Assembly: GCF_021869535.1 (NCBI RefSeq)
Contig: NW_026262593.1
Location: 31,992,001-32,056,000 of the forward strand
DNA length: 64,000 nt
From: Mytilus californianus
Taxonomy: Eukaryota
Direction: 5' to 3'
The notes under the pieces were generated by a model. The model did no database searches. It was not told where the DNA came from and was given only the letters and a program-made list of their open reading frames with translations. Shown piece by piece: positions 61,891-64,000 of the stretch (position 1 is its first letter; each line of letters starts with the position of its first letter). The translations under genes were made by a program, and so were the position numbers.

Positions 61891-62801
61891 TCTGGGCGTA
61901 GCAGTTATGTGAAGGGTTCATGCTTTAAAAGTTTCCTATTTAATTTATCTATTCAAAACACAATAGAGGGTCTTTCGTGTTGTTCGTTTATTAGGGTGCA
62001 GAGTTTATTCACTTTTAATAGAAAAGAAAGTCGATTACACAATTGAAAAAAAGTGATAACAAATTTTGCATAAAAAACATTAAAACGACAACTGCAACGC
62101 CCAGACATTGTTTTTATTTTGATTCGTCGGATATAGAGACGTTTTATTATTTAAAAAATATATTGAGATCAACAACGTTTTACAAATAAAATCTACGTTT
62201 GAGAATCGACATATATATGCTTTATAACCCTTATTATTTAATGAAATTACAAAATGCATAGTTTTAGATATATAAACAGTCCTATTAAATTCCGTTGATG
62301 ACGTTTGTAGACTATTAAAGCATGTGTCAACATATATTTTTTGCTCCTAATAAAAGTGCCCGGGGAAACTGTTTTATAAACAATGCTATAATATAATTTC
62401 CGTTTGGAAAAAATTAGTCTATGCCCTATATTCCGTAACTGTAATATTTTTGTCAGTGGAAATAATATTCTAAATATTTCTTCCATTTGGAACTAAAATT
62501 ATAAAGCACTTCTATTATATGGGATATAATTTTACATACAAAGATGAACGACGAGATTTAGTTTTAATTTGCGAAGTTAAATACATCACTGAACATTGAA
62601 CCTTTTACCAGAAGGAATGTTATTTTCTCCCTCGCTTCACTCCTCCGAAAATATTTTTTTTCTTAACTATGTATTGAAGAAAAAAACAAAACACAGTGTA
62701 GGAATGTACGTTCACTACAAGATCGCATTTAATATAGTTTCTTACATATCTACATGCAGACATTCATAAATGCATCAAAATTCAAAATACACATGTTAAT
62801 A

Positions 62802-63042
62802 TGATTTGATTTTTTGATTTTTTGTGATTTTAACGCCACTTTTAAGCACCGTTTTTGGGCTATTTCGTGGTGTTGGAAGCCGGATTGCCCGGAGAAAACC
62901 ACCGACCTTCGATAGGAAAACTGACAATCCTAGTCAATTAAGATTGGAGTCGAGTGCACCCGTGAGGTTCGAACTCACAACCTCAGTGTTGACTGGCTAG
63001 TGATTACAGAGGTAACTACTTAGACCACTCGGCCACCGAGGC
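62802..63042 (-). mobile_element. tRNA-derived SINE, near full length
   Basis: Minus strand gcctcggtggccgagtggtctaag (A box) ... gagttcgaacc (B box); unique body and (tcaa)-like tail. Confidence 0.85.
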
Positions 63043-64000
63043 ACCACACATGTCGATATGAACTGGGGAAGTAGTATTTATGAAGGTTATTAGTGTGGGT
63101 GGATGGGAAATAGTGTATAAAACTAACTTATATATCGTAACTTTTTTGTAACGAACGTCGCATTGGTCAACCGCGCCTTAAATTTTCCTTATATACTGAC
63201 CCCCGCAATCGTCCGTATAGAAAGGAATTTAAATACGGAAAACAGTTCTTGCAAATCAAGGACCGTAAAGCAAGAAATGTAGTAATAGGTGGAGGTTGTT
63301 CCCTTTAACATTATACAACTCACAATTTACTTTAAATAGATTTATTTTTAATTAACTCAATTATTGGACCCGAATTAGAGAAGAATAATCATTCAAAACT
63401 AGTAAAACACATTGGTTAATAAAGAAAACATTGCACTAGAAAATTAAAGAAACTTAAATGAATCACATAAGTCAAACAATCATGTCGCAAATTGTTTAAA
63501 TAATTATTAATATATTTTAGTATGATGGAACGCCTGTTACATATCGTCCATTTACTTTTACTCCTGGATATGTAAAACGTGCAACGGACATGGTATGTTT
63601 AAAAATGTAGAGGTTACTAATATATATTATACATAATTTCGCATAGAAGATTAATAGTGCTTCAACAAGAGACCCACCCTCTTCAGAATCAATTGAAAAT
63701 TAAAACCACAAGGACGTTTTTGACTTTATCAGTAACTGTTATTAAGTTCGAATAAACTGGAGCGTTTGAAAAACGAATAAAATACACCAACCGAGCGATT
63801 AAATCACCCTATAGAAGGATTCAGCCATGGACATGGGTCAAGTTTGAAATCATACAGTCTTGAAAAGTAACTCAGATTGTTACTGCCATCTTAATCCAAT
63901 TATCTAAAGGACATAACACATCACTTTATAACTAAGAGAAACACAGACAAGGTGCGAGACATGGGAAAGGCATATGAAAATGTGGCTTTATCTAAGTTTA

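Noticed and set aside
62960-63042. tRNA gene (also 32355-32430)
   Set aside because: A and B boxes are present but there is no complete cloverleaf; each continues into a SINE body and tail.

Overview
AT-rich, repeat-dense animal genomic DNA with spliceosomal introns. The repeat content suggests a bivalve, probably Mytilus-like (inference). No prokaryotic features, CRISPR array, rRNA or true tRNA gene were found. Three protein-coding genes are supported, all on the + strand. Two are paralogous HHxxxD (condensation/alcohol-acetyltransferase-like) acyltransferases at 15583-21101 and 28256-36114, inside a direct tandem duplication (about 11.3-23.6 kb and 23.6-37.8 kb). The second copy has a frameshifted leader exon. 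The third is a 7-exon gene (52705-61890, 841 aa by my splice model) that the ORF track shows only as unrelated fragments. All six of its introns are GT-AG and phase-compatible. It encodes an acidic/coiled-coil N-terminus, a SWIM-type zinc finger split by an intron, a long low-complexity region, and a C-terminal segment matching the bipartite eIF4E-binding region of 4E-BPs. This is the most interesting feature in the window. The rest is Penelope-like RT remnants, tRNA-derived SINEs, MITEs and other TIR elements, two minisatellites, a 315-bp near-perfect palindrome and a type I hammerhead ribozyme. Boundaries of degenerate repeats are approximate.
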